A stretch of DNA of 64,000 nucleotides, taken from assembly GCF_964188315.1 (NCBI RefSeq), contig NC_135667.1:11780001-11844000 (forward strand), in the 5' to 3' direction. This document shows positions 1-12,100 of the stretch, in pieces (position 1 is the stretch's first letter; each line of letters starts with the position of its first letter). The notes below the pieces were generated by a model. The model saw only the letters and a program-made list of their open reading frames with translations. It ran no database searches and was not told the origin of the DNA. Origin of the DNA: Podarcis muralis (lineage: Eukaryota). A program made the position numbers and the translations under genes.

Positions 1-691
1 ATTTTGCTGCTTTACTTCTAGGTCAAATCATTCCTCCAAACTCTGTACTCTAAACTCTGGCTTTATCTATTGAGGGAGAAAACCCCACCCATTTGCCACC
101 TTGCGCCAAGCCCCTTAACCCCTCTTAATGGTTCATCATCCAAGCTATCACCACACCAGGAGGCTAGCCTGGCAATTCCAAGACTTAGAAACCTTGATTA
201 AATTCTAACACTTGTTGGACCCAGGGATTAGAGGGGTCTGGCACCCACCTTAACACCCCAAACTCATAACAATATCAACAATTTCTAACATCTTCAAAAT
301 AATATATGGAACAGAGACAATTGCCTTTTAATACAGAAATTAAAATTTCTGTTATTACATTCATTTTTAATATAACCAGTCAAGACAGCCAAGAAAAGTT
401 TTAAGTTTTTCTTATTGATTGCAAGGTTTTCTTTTACAGTCCTTTCAAATGTGAAATAATTATTTTGAAAGCAAATACTGATAAACTTTAAATTGTGAGT
501 TAACAATCAACATTCAAATGGCTTGCTACATCCTGCTTTAGCTATTCCATTAAATTATTTCCCATCTGTATTATTTTTATTAATGTTATATCCTGAAACA
601 TTTGTATGGAAGGGAGAAATTCTAACTATGGAAAGCAGTGTAAATTACACTTTATTAAGTTTAGAAACGTCTAGTTCAAGTCATTCTGTTT

Positions 692-829
692 CTGGCATGG
701 AAAAACTTTCATACTTTAGATGTTGCTGAAATACAGCTCCTATCATCCCTGGCCATCGGTCGTAACTGCTGAGGCTGTTAGGAGTTGTAGTTCAGCAACA
801 TCTGGAGGGTAAAAAGTTTCCCACACCTG
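692..829. mobile_element. Palindromic hAT-like MITE
   Basis: agatgttgctgaa...ttcagcaacatct internal palindrome with imperfect TIRs. Confidence 0.65.
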
Positions 830-900
830 TTCTAGGTAGTGACATTAGATCAGATGTTTTACAAGTTGTACTATTTGCTGGGCTAAGTGTAGGTACAATG

Positions 901-1438
901 GGGACGCGGGTGGCGCTGTGGTCTAAACCACTGAGCCTCTTGGGCTTGCCAGTTAAAATCCCAGTGATGGGGTGAGCTCCCATTGCTCTGTCCCAGCTTC
1001 TGCCAACCTAGCAGTTCGAAAGTACACCACTGCAAGTAGATAAATGCCATACTATTCCATGTATAATACTATGGTTTTTTTTACTCTAAAATAATGTTCA
1101 AAACCTGGGCTCGTCTAATACACGAATAGTATCTCCCCCCATTTTTTAAATTGGAGTCCCCCAAAATAAGGGGCATCTTATGCATGGGGGCGTCTTATAG
1201 ACAGAAAAATACGGTAGGTGCCGCTGTGTCGGGAAGGGAAACAGTGTTTCTGTGTGCTCTGGCTTCCGTTACGGTGTCCCATTGTGCCAGAAGTGGGTTA
1301 GTCATGCTGGCCACATGACCCAGAAAGCTGTCTGTGGACAAATGCTGGCTCCCTTGGACTGAAAGCCAGATGAGCACCACAACCCCATAGTCGCCTTTGA
1401 CTGGACTTAACCATCCCAGGGTCCTTTAACTTTACCTT
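901..1438 (+). mobile_element. Sauria SINE interrupted by a MITE
   Basis: GGGACGCGGGTGGCGCTGTGG head; (ACCTTT)-like tail; split at AAATA|GGTACC. Confidence 0.88.
1047..1214. mobile_element. Tc1/mariner-type MITE nested in the SINE
   Basis: Degenerate TIRs ccatactattcc/gaaaaatacgg at a TA site. Confidence 0.7.
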
Positions 1439-1694
1439 AACTAGGTACTACAATATTCCAATCATCATCTGAGTCCTTTATTTGTGTGCCCACTACATAG
1501 AGGTCTGGAGGGTGAAAACATGAGAACAGGTGTTTACTGTGGTGGCTCCCGATTTGTGGAATTCAGTCCCCAGGGAGGCTCGCCTGACACCATTTTTATA
1601 TATATTTGGGTGCCAAATAAAAACATTCCTCTTCAACCAAGCTTTTGGCTATTAATGATCCATGGCCTTTTAAAGTGTGTGCATAGGAGTATCC

Positions 1695-1790
1695 AATAAT
1701 AATATAATATAATATAATATAATATAATATAATATAATATAATATAATATAATATAATATAATATAATATAATATAATATAATATAATAA
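1695..1790. repeat. (AATAT)n microsatellite
   Basis: Directly visible. Confidence 0.97.
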
Positions 1791-1967
1791 TCTTCTTTAG
1801 TGTTCAAGATGCTTGATCTAGTAGGTATTTCATCAAGTGATTCTGGCACGTGTTCTCTTGAGCATATTTTATTCCACGTCATTTGCACTTTCATTTATTG
1901 GTGCTTTTTACTGATATAAGTTCAATTTCCTGAACATTTTCTTAATAATCAATTTCCCTTTGGATAG

Positions 1968-2094
1968 GTACCACCTCTTTCAGTATGTAATGACAACTGC
2001 CATCCTGGCTACCATAAGAAAAAAAAAGAGGGGGAGAAATCTTGCTGTTATGATTGTGCTCCATGTCCAGATGGGATGTTTTCAAATGAGATTG
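1968..2094 (+). CDS. V2R gene A exon 5 (cysteine-rich domain)
   Basis: ttggatAG|GTACCA...GAGATTG|GTagg; 127 bp, the same size as exon 5 in all paralogs here. Confidence 0.95.
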
Positions 2095-3761
2095 GTAGGA
2101 CTTGTCATGTAAATATATATCAAAGAATACATTCCTCCCCCCAAAGTAAGCTGGGGGTTATCTTCAAATAATGGTATAATCAGTCCTCCCCCCCCTAAAA
2201 AAATGTTTAGGGGTACTTTCATTTTCCTACACATAGTGAAATACTGCCCCTCAAGGAGGCCAAACTTAGGTTCACAAAATGTTTAGGGGTACGTGTACCC
2301 CTGCACCCCCCCCCCCAGAAAAAAGCACTGGGTATAATATATAGTTTTCGTTATTTACATACAAAAGTTTTATGAATAATTCTTGTTAAACATCTTGAAT
2401 AAAAAATATGTAGAAACCCAGGTAAAACATTTTTAGCACCAGCAAATTCCCAGGTAACTCTGATGTGATGATTGCAAGATCTGTTGTCTGCAAAATGTAA
2501 AAAAAGTTTCATTAGTAATATTGAGGGGGTTTTTGTGTGTGTTTTTGGTTATTATGAATAAGTTCTGGAAGAACCCTTTTAAATACAAAGGACCCTTTTT
2601 AGGCATCTGTTGTGAGCTTCTCTAAGGAAGTCCTTAAAGCCCCCAAAGTTCCATACCCCCAATTTGGATTCATCTGGTAGATCTCTATCTCCTTAGAAAT
2701 GCAGAGACCTAGAGGTATTTCACATAGAGATCCCAAGCAAGTTCCCTTGAGAAAGCATAGTCTCAATTATTTGCATCAATGTTAGGTGGACTTCTTCTAA
2801 GACAGCTATGATGAGAACAATTTCCCATGCATGTAAATTGCTGTTCCTTTTCTCTCTAGACATGGAAACTTGTGTCCCTTGTCCAGATGACCAATATACA
2901 AACAAAGGAAAGGATAATTGCATTCCTAAGATTCCAAACTTCCTGGCTACTGATGACACTTTGGCTATTGTTCTAAATTTCTCTGCAGTTTTGTTAGCGC
3001 TGATTACAGTGCTGGTGTTTGGCATCTTCATCAAATACCAGGACACTGCCATAGTCAAGGCCAACAACAGAAGCCTCACCTACATTCTCCTCATCTCCCT
3101 CCTCCTGTGTTTCCTCTGCTCCTTGATGTTCCTCGGAAGGCCTAATGTGGTAAACTGCCTTCTCCGACAAACTGCTTTTGGTATAATATTCTCTGTCGCC
3201 CTCTCTAGCATCTTGGCCAAAACCATATCTGTGGTTTTGGCATTCATGGCTACCAAACCAGGATCCAGGATGAGGACATGGTTGGGACAAAGGCTAACAT
3301 ATTCCATTATCCTTTCCTGCTCCAAAATTCAAATAGGGATCTGTACACTGTGGCTGGCAACCTCTGCACCGTTCCCAGATGTGGACACATACTCAATGAC
3401 TGAAGAAATTATATTGCTATGTAATGAAGGCTCAAGCATCATGTTTTATTGTGTCCTGGGCTACTTGGGCTTCCTGGCCTTTCTCAGCTTCACTGTAGCT
3501 TTCCTAGCCAGGAGGTTACCTGACAGTTTTAATGAAGCCAGGTTCATCACTTTCAGTATGTTGGTCTTTTGCAGTGTTTGGCTCTCCTTTGTTCCTACAT
3601 ACCTGAGCACCAGAGGAAAATACATGGTGGCTGTGGAGATCTTCTCCATCTTGGCTTCCAGTGCTGGGCTACTGTGTTGCATATTTTTCCCTAAATGCTA
3701 CATCATTTTACTGAAGCCTGAGTTGAACAACAAAGATCAACTGATCCGAAGAAAGCTATAA
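1968..3761 (+). CDS. V2R gene A (5'-partial): exon 5 1968-2094, exon 6 2860-3761
   Basis: Exon 5 encodes the Cys-rich domain [14 protein letters not shown]...CCYDCAPCP (127 bp, AG/GT). Exon 6 encodes 7TM with [35 protein letters not shown]. Exons 1-4 lie before the window, judged by intron homology to gene B. Confidence 0.95.
2181..2330. mobile_element. hAT MITE with 8-bp TSD
   Basis: CAGT...CACTG termini; TSD GGTATAAT at 2173-2180 and 2331-2338; site is empty in paralog B. Confidence 0.85.
2860..3761 (+). CDS. V2R gene A exon 6 (7TM)
   Basis: ctctctAG|AC ATG GAA; 902 bp to TAA; within ORF 2808-3761. Confidence 0.96.
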
Positions 3762-4432
3762 ATAATAGAAGGGCTTATGCTTCCATTTTTTTTCTTGGTA
3801 TTCTACACATAATCATCATAGATGTGTAAATAAGCAGGGACTAATTACAACAGTTTTTGTACTGTGGTTTTGCATAGTGGTTTTAAAACGAAAGAAAGAA
3901 AACCCATGAAAATAGATGCAGTTCTTACCAAGGGGCTAAAATGTTAACAGGATATGCAATTCAGTGCAAGTAAGATATATGAACTCTTTGTTCCTTGATT
4001 GGCCAAGAAGTTGGAAACAGGAATAGAAAACATGTATATTACTGTGGAAGAGTTTTTCAGAAAATTACAGTTGATGTTAGAGCTCTAGTATAAATAGAAT
4101 AAACTCCAGGAAGACTAGAAGCTGCAATGTTGTAACCATGAGACTAGTTGAAGTGTCTTTATTACTAACCAGTGGCTCAAGATCTGGCCTACACCAAAAT
4201 TAAGTTACAATATGTTCCTATTCACACAATGTGAATAGATAAGTGCTTCATGTTTCCTCAATATGCTGTTTTTTAAAAAATTCTGCTTAATTTTATTGAT
4301 TGGTTTTTATGGATAGTAGTGCCCTGTTGTGACCTGCCCTTTGATTGTTTTGTGATGAAAGTCAATAAATTAGTAAATAAATTGGGAACACATATTGACT
4401 GTGTTCAATTGAATGTGTTTCTTGCTGTTTCT

Positions 4433-4905
4433 TTCAATTATTTGTTTAGTCGTGTCCGACTCTTCGTGACCCCGTGGACCAGAGCATACCAGGCACTTCT
4501 GTCTTCCACTGCCTCCCGCAGTTTGGTATTTTTCTTTACAGCATTGGACTTTCCTTTCACTTCCAGGCATATCCGCAACTGAGTGTCCTTTCGGCTTTGG
4601 CCCAGCCGCTTCATCAGCTCTGAATCTAATTGTACTTGTCCTCCGCTCTTCCTCAGTAGCATGTTGGACGCCTTCCGACCTGAGGGGCTCATCTTCCAGT
4701 GTCATAACTTTTATATGCCTGTTGTTTTTGTCCATGGAGTTTTCTTGGCAGGGATACTGGAGTGGCTTGCCAGTTCCTCCTCTAGGTGGATCACGTTTGG
4801 TCAAAACTCTCCACTATGACCTGTTCATCTTGAGTACCCTGTTCGGCATAGTTCATAGCTTCTCTGAGTTATTCAAGCCCCTTCACCACGGCAAGCAGTG
4901 ATCAC
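4433..4905 (-). mobile_element. Internally deleted RTE-BovB element
   Basis: BovB 5' region (LEDEPLRSEGVQHATEEE...QCCKEK) fused directly to the 3' end (KLREAVEDRSAW...HGVTKSRTRL). Confidence 0.85.
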
Positions 4906-5592
4906 CGCTTCCCAAAAACCTCACGGCCTTACTCAATGCAGGGAATTGGGTGGATTCCTAAGGAAGTTACAGATGTTAAAGGCTGTTAGCAGAGGGAGAG
5001 CCAGACAATAAAGACATCAGGTGCAGACTGCAGTGGTCATAGATGACAGTTTACTGTCTATAACAGATTCTGAAGCATTCTTCAAATCCCTTCAAATCTT
5101 ACTTTTAGTAATAAATTAAAATAGTAGTAATAACACTAATAGCGCTATTTGAAATTGTCTATTTTACAAGAAGAGAATTTCTGTTTGAAACCTATGTCAC
5201 ATTTGGTGGGACCTGTGTTAAGCTTCCCAAACTTCATTTAATTGTTCATTTATTGCATTCAAAACATTTGTCAACCTGCCCCACACTGCAACAGGCAAGT
5301 TGTGACAAAACAATAACCCCTATCCCCAGGGGGAACCTTGAAGTTCCCTTCCAACTCTGTGATGCAACAAATATGTTGTATTCAAAGAAACCATATTTTC
5401 AACAGGCAAGAACTTTGCAGAAGTTATTATTTCCCCTGCAATTATCTAAATTAGTATAATCAATTCAATTGACCAAAGCTCCAGTGGCTTCACAGAAGAC
5501 AGAAGCAGAAGACATTAAATTGGAACATCTGAAATGATTATAAGTTCCCCAGTGTTCCATAGACTGCTCGGATTAGGGAATAGAGAGAGTTA

Positions 5593-5648
5593 GGGCTGTG
5601 TCATTTTGACCAGTTTCCCTCTTACATTGTAGAGCTCACCTTTCAAAT
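5593..5648 (+). promoter_or_regulatory. Candidate V2R promoter block upstream of gene B
   Basis: AGGGCTGTGTCATT...AGTTTCCCTCTT...TGTAGAGCTCA...TTCAAAT; aligns with blocks upstream of C and D. Confidence 0.55.
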
Positions 5649-5828
5649 TGATGTAGTTTAATTGACATTCAAGATATGCTTTAGTGATATTGTTGAGGTT
5701 AAGGTGGATAGGAGTCCCTTTGAGTAGTGCGTTAGCAGAGTAAGCTCAAATGAGGTCAATAGCAGTAATGATATGGTAAACTGAGAGACGTGGGAGATTT
5801 CATGTGTGGAAGGAAGGTTACTATTAGG

Positions 5829-6034
5829 ATGGTGATTTTTCTCCTTCTGCTTCCAAACATGGTGTGCAAAGTGCATAGTATTAGCTGCAGCAGAAAGAAA
5901 CCTGTACGTGTTCTACATGAGTGGTATGAGCCAGGTGATCTTCTCATTGGTGGGATGACAGATTTTATACATTACGCCATCCCTGGATTGTCATTCAAAG
6001 AGCAACCTTCCCCAGTACTGATTGAAGGCCCTCT
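5829..6034 (+). CDS. V2R gene B exon 1
   Basis: [14 protein letters not shown]...[13 protein letters not shown]; donor CT|GTAAGG, phase 2. Confidence 0.9.
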
Positions 6035-6061
6035 GTAAGGAATTGTTTCCTTCTATAAAAC

Positions 6062-6105
<44 letters not shown>

Positions 6106-9100
6106 TGTTTTATGTTTCTATAGTTGACTGTCATGAATTCATGTTTCCTTTGAAAAAGACTGTGCTCTGTGTAAATTCACTGATTCGAATGTAAAGAATT
6201 ATGTCCAAACTTCTCTATACACTCTGCAGATTCAGATATCTGAACAGCCAGCACTTGCCTCCTTTCTTACTTTCTTGCTTGTTTGCTCTTTGCTGGTTGG
6301 CAGCAGCCGTTTTCAGGGAGAAAATCATGCAGGGAGGGAGGGAGCAAGATCAGATGAATGACAGAGCAGGAGATATCAGACAAATCACTTCTTTCTTTGT
6401 CTCTCTTTTGCTGGTTGACCACAGTCTTTTCAGGAGGAAACCATGGGGACATGGGGTCAGATAAATCCAAGATTATAAATGTTCCCATAGGAATAAATTT
6501 CATGCTTTCATTCCCAAATGGCTTTCTAGCTAGAAATACCAAGCTATGTAAAGATAAATGCATAGGGTGAACATCAATGCACATTCCCACTTGTGCAATG
6601 CAGCTTTCTCCTTCTCTCATTTGAATTACTCTCAAAATCTTTTCTAGAAGGTTGGAGAACCATTCAGAACAATTTTTGAAGTGACAGTCCATGAACGGAA
6701 CTCCAACCTCACTGTATTGGAAAACCCACATTGATTTCATTTCACACCGTATTTTCATTTGACATCTCCAATACTATATGAAGAATGTAAATTTTAATAA
6801 TAGTAATAGTAGTAGTAGTAATAACAATAACAACAACAACAACAACAAATGGAAATACTGGATCATAGATATGAATTAATTAAAGCATCCTTCAAAGAAG
6901 CAGGGTTTGTTTGTTTTTTTTTGAATGATTTATGCTATAAAACAACTTACTAAAGAAATCAGTACTACAAACCATTAGACACAATTGTTCTGTCTGTGTC
7001 TGCATACAGGGAACAGCTATAAGGAAGTGTTCCAGGACATGCTTTTCATGTAAAGGGTTGCAGTTTAAATTATTGGCATCCACTGGTAGGGCTGACAAAG
7101 ACTCACATGCTACAACATGAAAGTAAATGATATAAAAAATGCTGAGCTAGATGGACTTAGTAGAAGGCAGTTCCCTGCATTCTGTTCTATTTCCACTCAA
7201 AACTGGGTTTCAAATTTTTAAAAGGAAGGTGCTGAAGGTACACAGACAAGTATGAAATTGATGCATTTTTAGGAGATTTCAGAAATTACCAGTGATTCCA
7301 AACACAGTATCGTACTTCTGTGACCCATTGCTGAAATTGTCTAGAGTTAAAAAAGAATGGATGTAATATTACATATGAGTACAGTGAAATTCAAGGAAAT
7401 ATTTCATATCCTCTATGTAGATTGTTCCACCGTCTATATATTCTGAGTTACAATAATTCTGATCTGGTTGAATGGAACTCCAAAAACAGAATTATATCAT
7501 GCACAAGTCTAATAACCATAACATAGCTGTTTTCTTGCCAACAGGATTTAGCTAATGACTAACTTTCCTGGCTGTGCCCTCTCTTTATAGCTGGGCACTT
7601 TTAGCTCTTGGATCTAGTTGAAAACAGTGTTAAAATAATTTACTTTGATTTTTCAATGAAATTGCAAGTCCCTTCATTTGCAGTGTGGTGACAAAGTTCT
7701 ACCAGCATATCCTAGCCTTGGTGTTCGCTGTTGAAGAGATCAATGAGAATCCCAATATCTTGCTCAATGTCACTCTGGGGTTCCACATCCATGAGAGCTA
7801 CTGGGACCCAAAGATGACCTACCGCAACACTCAGGATCTGATCTTTAACTCACATAACTTTGTGCCCAACTACAAATGTGGTATCCAAGAAAGTGTAATA
7901 GGAGTCATCGGGGGACTGAGTGCTGAGACCTCCTCAACAATGGCAGATATCTTAGGTCTTTACAAGATTCCACAGGTAGAATTTGATTATCCAAACAATG
8001 GGAATTTCCATTTTTCATGTAGGAATTTGAAAGTGAAGTCTGTATTTTTTCTTGTTATTATCCTGTCATCTGGCACAATGAAGTTGGTGGCCTATACATA
8101 NNNNNNNNNNNNNNNNNNNNNNNNNNNNNNNNNNNNNNNNNNNNNNNNNNNNNNNNNNNNNNNNNNNNNNNNNNNNNNNNNNNNNNNNNNNNNNNNNNNN
8201 NNNNNNNNNNNNNNNNNNNNNNNNNNNNNNNNNNNNNNNNNNNNNNNNNNNNNNNNNNNNNNNNNNNNNNNNNNNNNNNNNNNNNNNNNNNNNNNNNNNN
8301 NNNNNNNNNNNNNNNNNNNNNNNNNNNNNNNNNNNNNNNNNNNNNNNNNNNNNNNNNNNNNNNNNNNNNNNNNNNNNNNNNNNNNNNNNNNNNNNNNNNN
8401 NNNNNNNNNNNNNNNNNNNNNNNNNNNNNNNNNNNNNNNNNNNNNNNNNNNNNNNNNNNNNNNNNNNNNNNNNNNNNNNNNNNNNNNNNNNNNNNNNNNN
8501 NNNNNNNNNNNNNNNNNNNNNNNNNNNNNNNNNNNNNNNNNNNNNNNNNNNNNNNNNNNNNNNNNNNNNNNNNNNNNNNNNNNNNNNNNNNNNNNNNNNN
8601 NNNNNNNNNNNNNNNNNNNNNNNNNNNNNNNNNNNNNNNNNNNNNNNNNNNNNNNNNNNNNNNNNNNNNNNNNNNNNNNNNNNNNNNNNNNNNNNNNNNN
8701 NNNNNNNNNNNNNNNNNNNNNNNNNNNNNNNNNNNNNNNNNNNNNNNNNNNNNNNNNNNNNNNNNNNNNNNNNNNNNNNNNNNNNNNNNNNNNNNNNNNN
8801 NNNNNNNNNNNNNNNNNNNNNNNNNNNNNNNNNNNNNNNNNNNNNNNNNNNNNNNNNNNNNNNNNNNNNNNNNNNNNNNNNNNNNNNNNNNNNNNNNNNN
8901 NNNNNNNNNNNNNNNNNNNNNNNNNNNNNNNNNNNNNNNNNNNNNNNNNNNNNNNNNNNNNNNNNNNNNNNNNNNNNNNNNNNNNNNNNNNNNNNNNNNN
9001 NNNNNNNNNNNNNNNNNNNNNNNNTACTTGGAAAATGACAGCTCCTGGCTGTGACTTTGTGAGGTATATATGTAAGCGTTGGCTGTCAGGGCTTTCCAGT

Positions 9101-12100
9101 AACATGCATGATGATTTCGCAGTCTGGTTCTCTTTCCTGCAGAATTTTGGTTGGGTTTCTTTTTGGAGAGAATGCATTTTAAAAACAAAACTTTAGGCAA
9201 AGTCAGATGAAAGCCATACTGCATTTCTTTGGTGTTATATTTGGTAATAATTTATTGTTGGGGAGTAGATTCATGCTTCAGTTCTGAAGAGACCAACCAG
9301 GGATGTAAGGTTCCTTGAGGTTTTTTCTCCATTGGTTCAATTTGATGCTTTACTGACAATGAATTCTACTCCACATTTTTGGTGTTACTGTCAGCCTATT
9401 CTTATTAATTCTGTCACTCACAGAAACCCCTGGTTCATGCAGCTGGGGCATTCCTTTGTTGATCATCCTATTCCTTGTATAGCATATTTCATTTATGAAA
9501 GATAGAATTGCTGATGCTCTTTCATGGAACCTGACAAAGACGTTTTGCCTGCTGATCTCACAGGCCAGAACTCAGGCAAATGTGATTCCACCAGCAGTGT
9601 GCGAATTGGAGACTTGAGTCCAAGAAGGCTGTGTTACTTGCATCCAGCACTTGTGTATGCTATATATCAAAATGTAATGAGTTTTATGGTCAGCTGTTAC
9701 AATCTGTATCAATGGGTAAGAGTGTCAAGTTTTGCATTGAATGAGGGAAATGGTAGTCATTCTGTCTTTCTGTTTCATGCTTCTATTCCTACATGCTTTT
9801 TTTGAAGGTGGAATTTCAGCTTGGAAAGATGGATATGTGCCAAGGTTTTAAATAATATACTGAACTCCTCCTCCAACATTGAAATGGTGCACTTTTGTTT
9901 GTTTGTCTGTTTGTTTGTTTTAGATTTCATATGGTTCATTTCAACCAGAATTGAATGATCAGTTGAAGTTCCCTTCTTTTTATCGCATGGTCCCCAATGA
10001 AGCCTTTCAGTATCAAGGGATTGTTGAGTTACTTGTGTATTTCAGATGGAAATGGGTAGGTCTGATGGCTATAAATGATGAAGCGGGAGAACATTTTTTG
10101 CAGACCATAGAGCCAATGCTTCTGCAGAATAAAATCTGTTCAGCATTCATACGTCGAATTCGTAAAAATGTGCATAATTTCCTTGATCCAGGAAAAGTAG
10201 TCGTAGAAACACAGGCATTGTTGCCAGCTTTTGCGGTAAGCAAAGCTGATGTGATTATTATATATGGAGAAACCTCTTCTATTTCATGGTTGCCATATGC
10301 TATAGCAGGAACTATAATGTTTCAAGAAACATATCCTGAATATCCGGAGAAGGTATCTGCAGCAAAAGTGTGGATTACAACAGCCCAAATTGAATTCACA
10401 TCATGTGCCATGCTAAAGATATTTAATATGGATATGGAAGGGCTTCATGGTGCTCTAACCTTTGCAATTCACTCAAGTCATCCGGTAGGCTTTAAAGAGC
10501 TTCTTCAGAATGTACATCCTTCTTGGAAAAAGAAAGATGGCTTTATCAAGGAATTTTGGGAACAAGCATTCAGCTGTAGCTTTCCAAACACATGTACTGG
10601 AGAAGAGATGCTGGAGAGCCTTCCCGCACCTTATTTTGCCATGAGTATGACTGGCCACAGCTACGCTATCTATAATGCTGTCCATTCTCTGGCACATGCC
10701 TTACATATCACATACTCATCCAGAGCCAACTACAGAATAACTGAGGCCGGGGGCCGACCATATCCTTGGAATGTGGAAACATGGAAGGTAATACTCCCTT
10801 TTGTAAAGTATCCAGTTTACATGCAGTTATTGCTCTGGTGTCTCCCCTTCTGGGATGCCATTGGGAGCCAAGGACTGCACCCACATGAAAGCAGCAGATA
10901 GATAATGGAAGGACCCTCAAAGAGAGTCCGGGAATTGAAGCACCCCCAGGTTGGGAGAATGGCAGAAGAAAGGAAAGTTCCCAGGAGAGACCTAGGAGGC
11001 TCTGCCATTGTCTGTGGGTGACTGAGATGAAGCGCTACTTCAGGTACAGAGAATGGAACCTTTGAATGGTGACTCCTAGCCTATGAAATGCTCTTCACAT
11101 GGAGGCACACTTGACATTACTGGCTCCCTTTGGGCACCAGGAAAAATGTTTCTTCCCAGTCAGGTTTTGTATCCATAACATGGAGAGTTTTGGATGTGCT
11201 CCATTTCAGCTTTGCACTGCTTTTAATTTTGTATTATCTTGTAAGCTGCTTTTTGTAAAACCCAAGTGACCTATAATTCAATAAATAATAACTGGATCAT
11301 ATCTATATGCTTGGTAACACTTACAAAGAATTGTAGCAGAGGAGTAAAGCAGGGCTTACTCTTTCAGAAACCATGCAGATTCTGATTAAGCGAATCAGCC
11401 TGTAATCTTTAGGGTTTCCCTGGATCCCTTTTTCAAAAAGTTGGTGTTATATTGGCCTATCCTCAAGCATGGAGCCTGATCTTAGGGAGAAGTTACATGT
11501 TTTAATTAGCAGTTCAGCAAATTCATATTTGAGCTCTTAAATAACTCAGGTAGATGCCATCCAGGACAAAATTTGTCAATTTTTATTTTGTCAATAAGGC
11601 CTTGGACTTATTTCAGGTCAGCACTATTCCCCTCAGTTCCTCAAATGTACTTCCTGCAGAGGGCAGTTCAGGCATAGGGATTTGCCCCATGTCTTCAACT
11701 GTGAAGATTGATGGGGAAAAATCATTCAGTTTCCCTGCAAACTCCTTATCTTCTTTTAACACACGTTTGACTCATTTGTCATCCAAGAGTCCAAGCACCT
11801 CGTTAGCAAGATTCTTGCTACTCAACTATATTAATAATGTATTGCTGCTGCTCATTATGTTTTTAGCAATGTGCACAGTGCACTTATTGCCTTCTTGCAT
11901 TTATTTTACCAAACTTTTGTTCCTTTTCCCCTGCTCATTTCAAAAGGAATTCACTTTTCTACAGAAAGCCTTCTTGTTTCAAGCAATGGCAATAGTCTGA
12001 GTTTTCTCCTCTAACACATTTAAATCCTGCATTTCCACTTATTTGATGATTTACCACTCTCTTCCCATATCTGCTACAAAAAGCGGATTACGCTTTGTTG

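Noticed and set aside
1670-1894. ORF with a periodic IILYY repeat (and the poly-Ile ORF at 13550-13759)
   Set aside because: Translations of (AATAT)n and (TTA)n microsatellites.
2720-3682. Antisense ORFs recurring opposite every exon 6 (also at 18.1-18.9, 23.6-23.9, 33.0-33.7 and 54.9-55.4 kb)
   Set aside because: Shadows of the conserved 7TM codon pattern; they start and stop inconsistently between paralogs.
7685-9224. Long ORFs of 503, 388 and 361 aa
   Set aside because: Artefacts of translating through the N gap; only 7684-7975 is a real exon.
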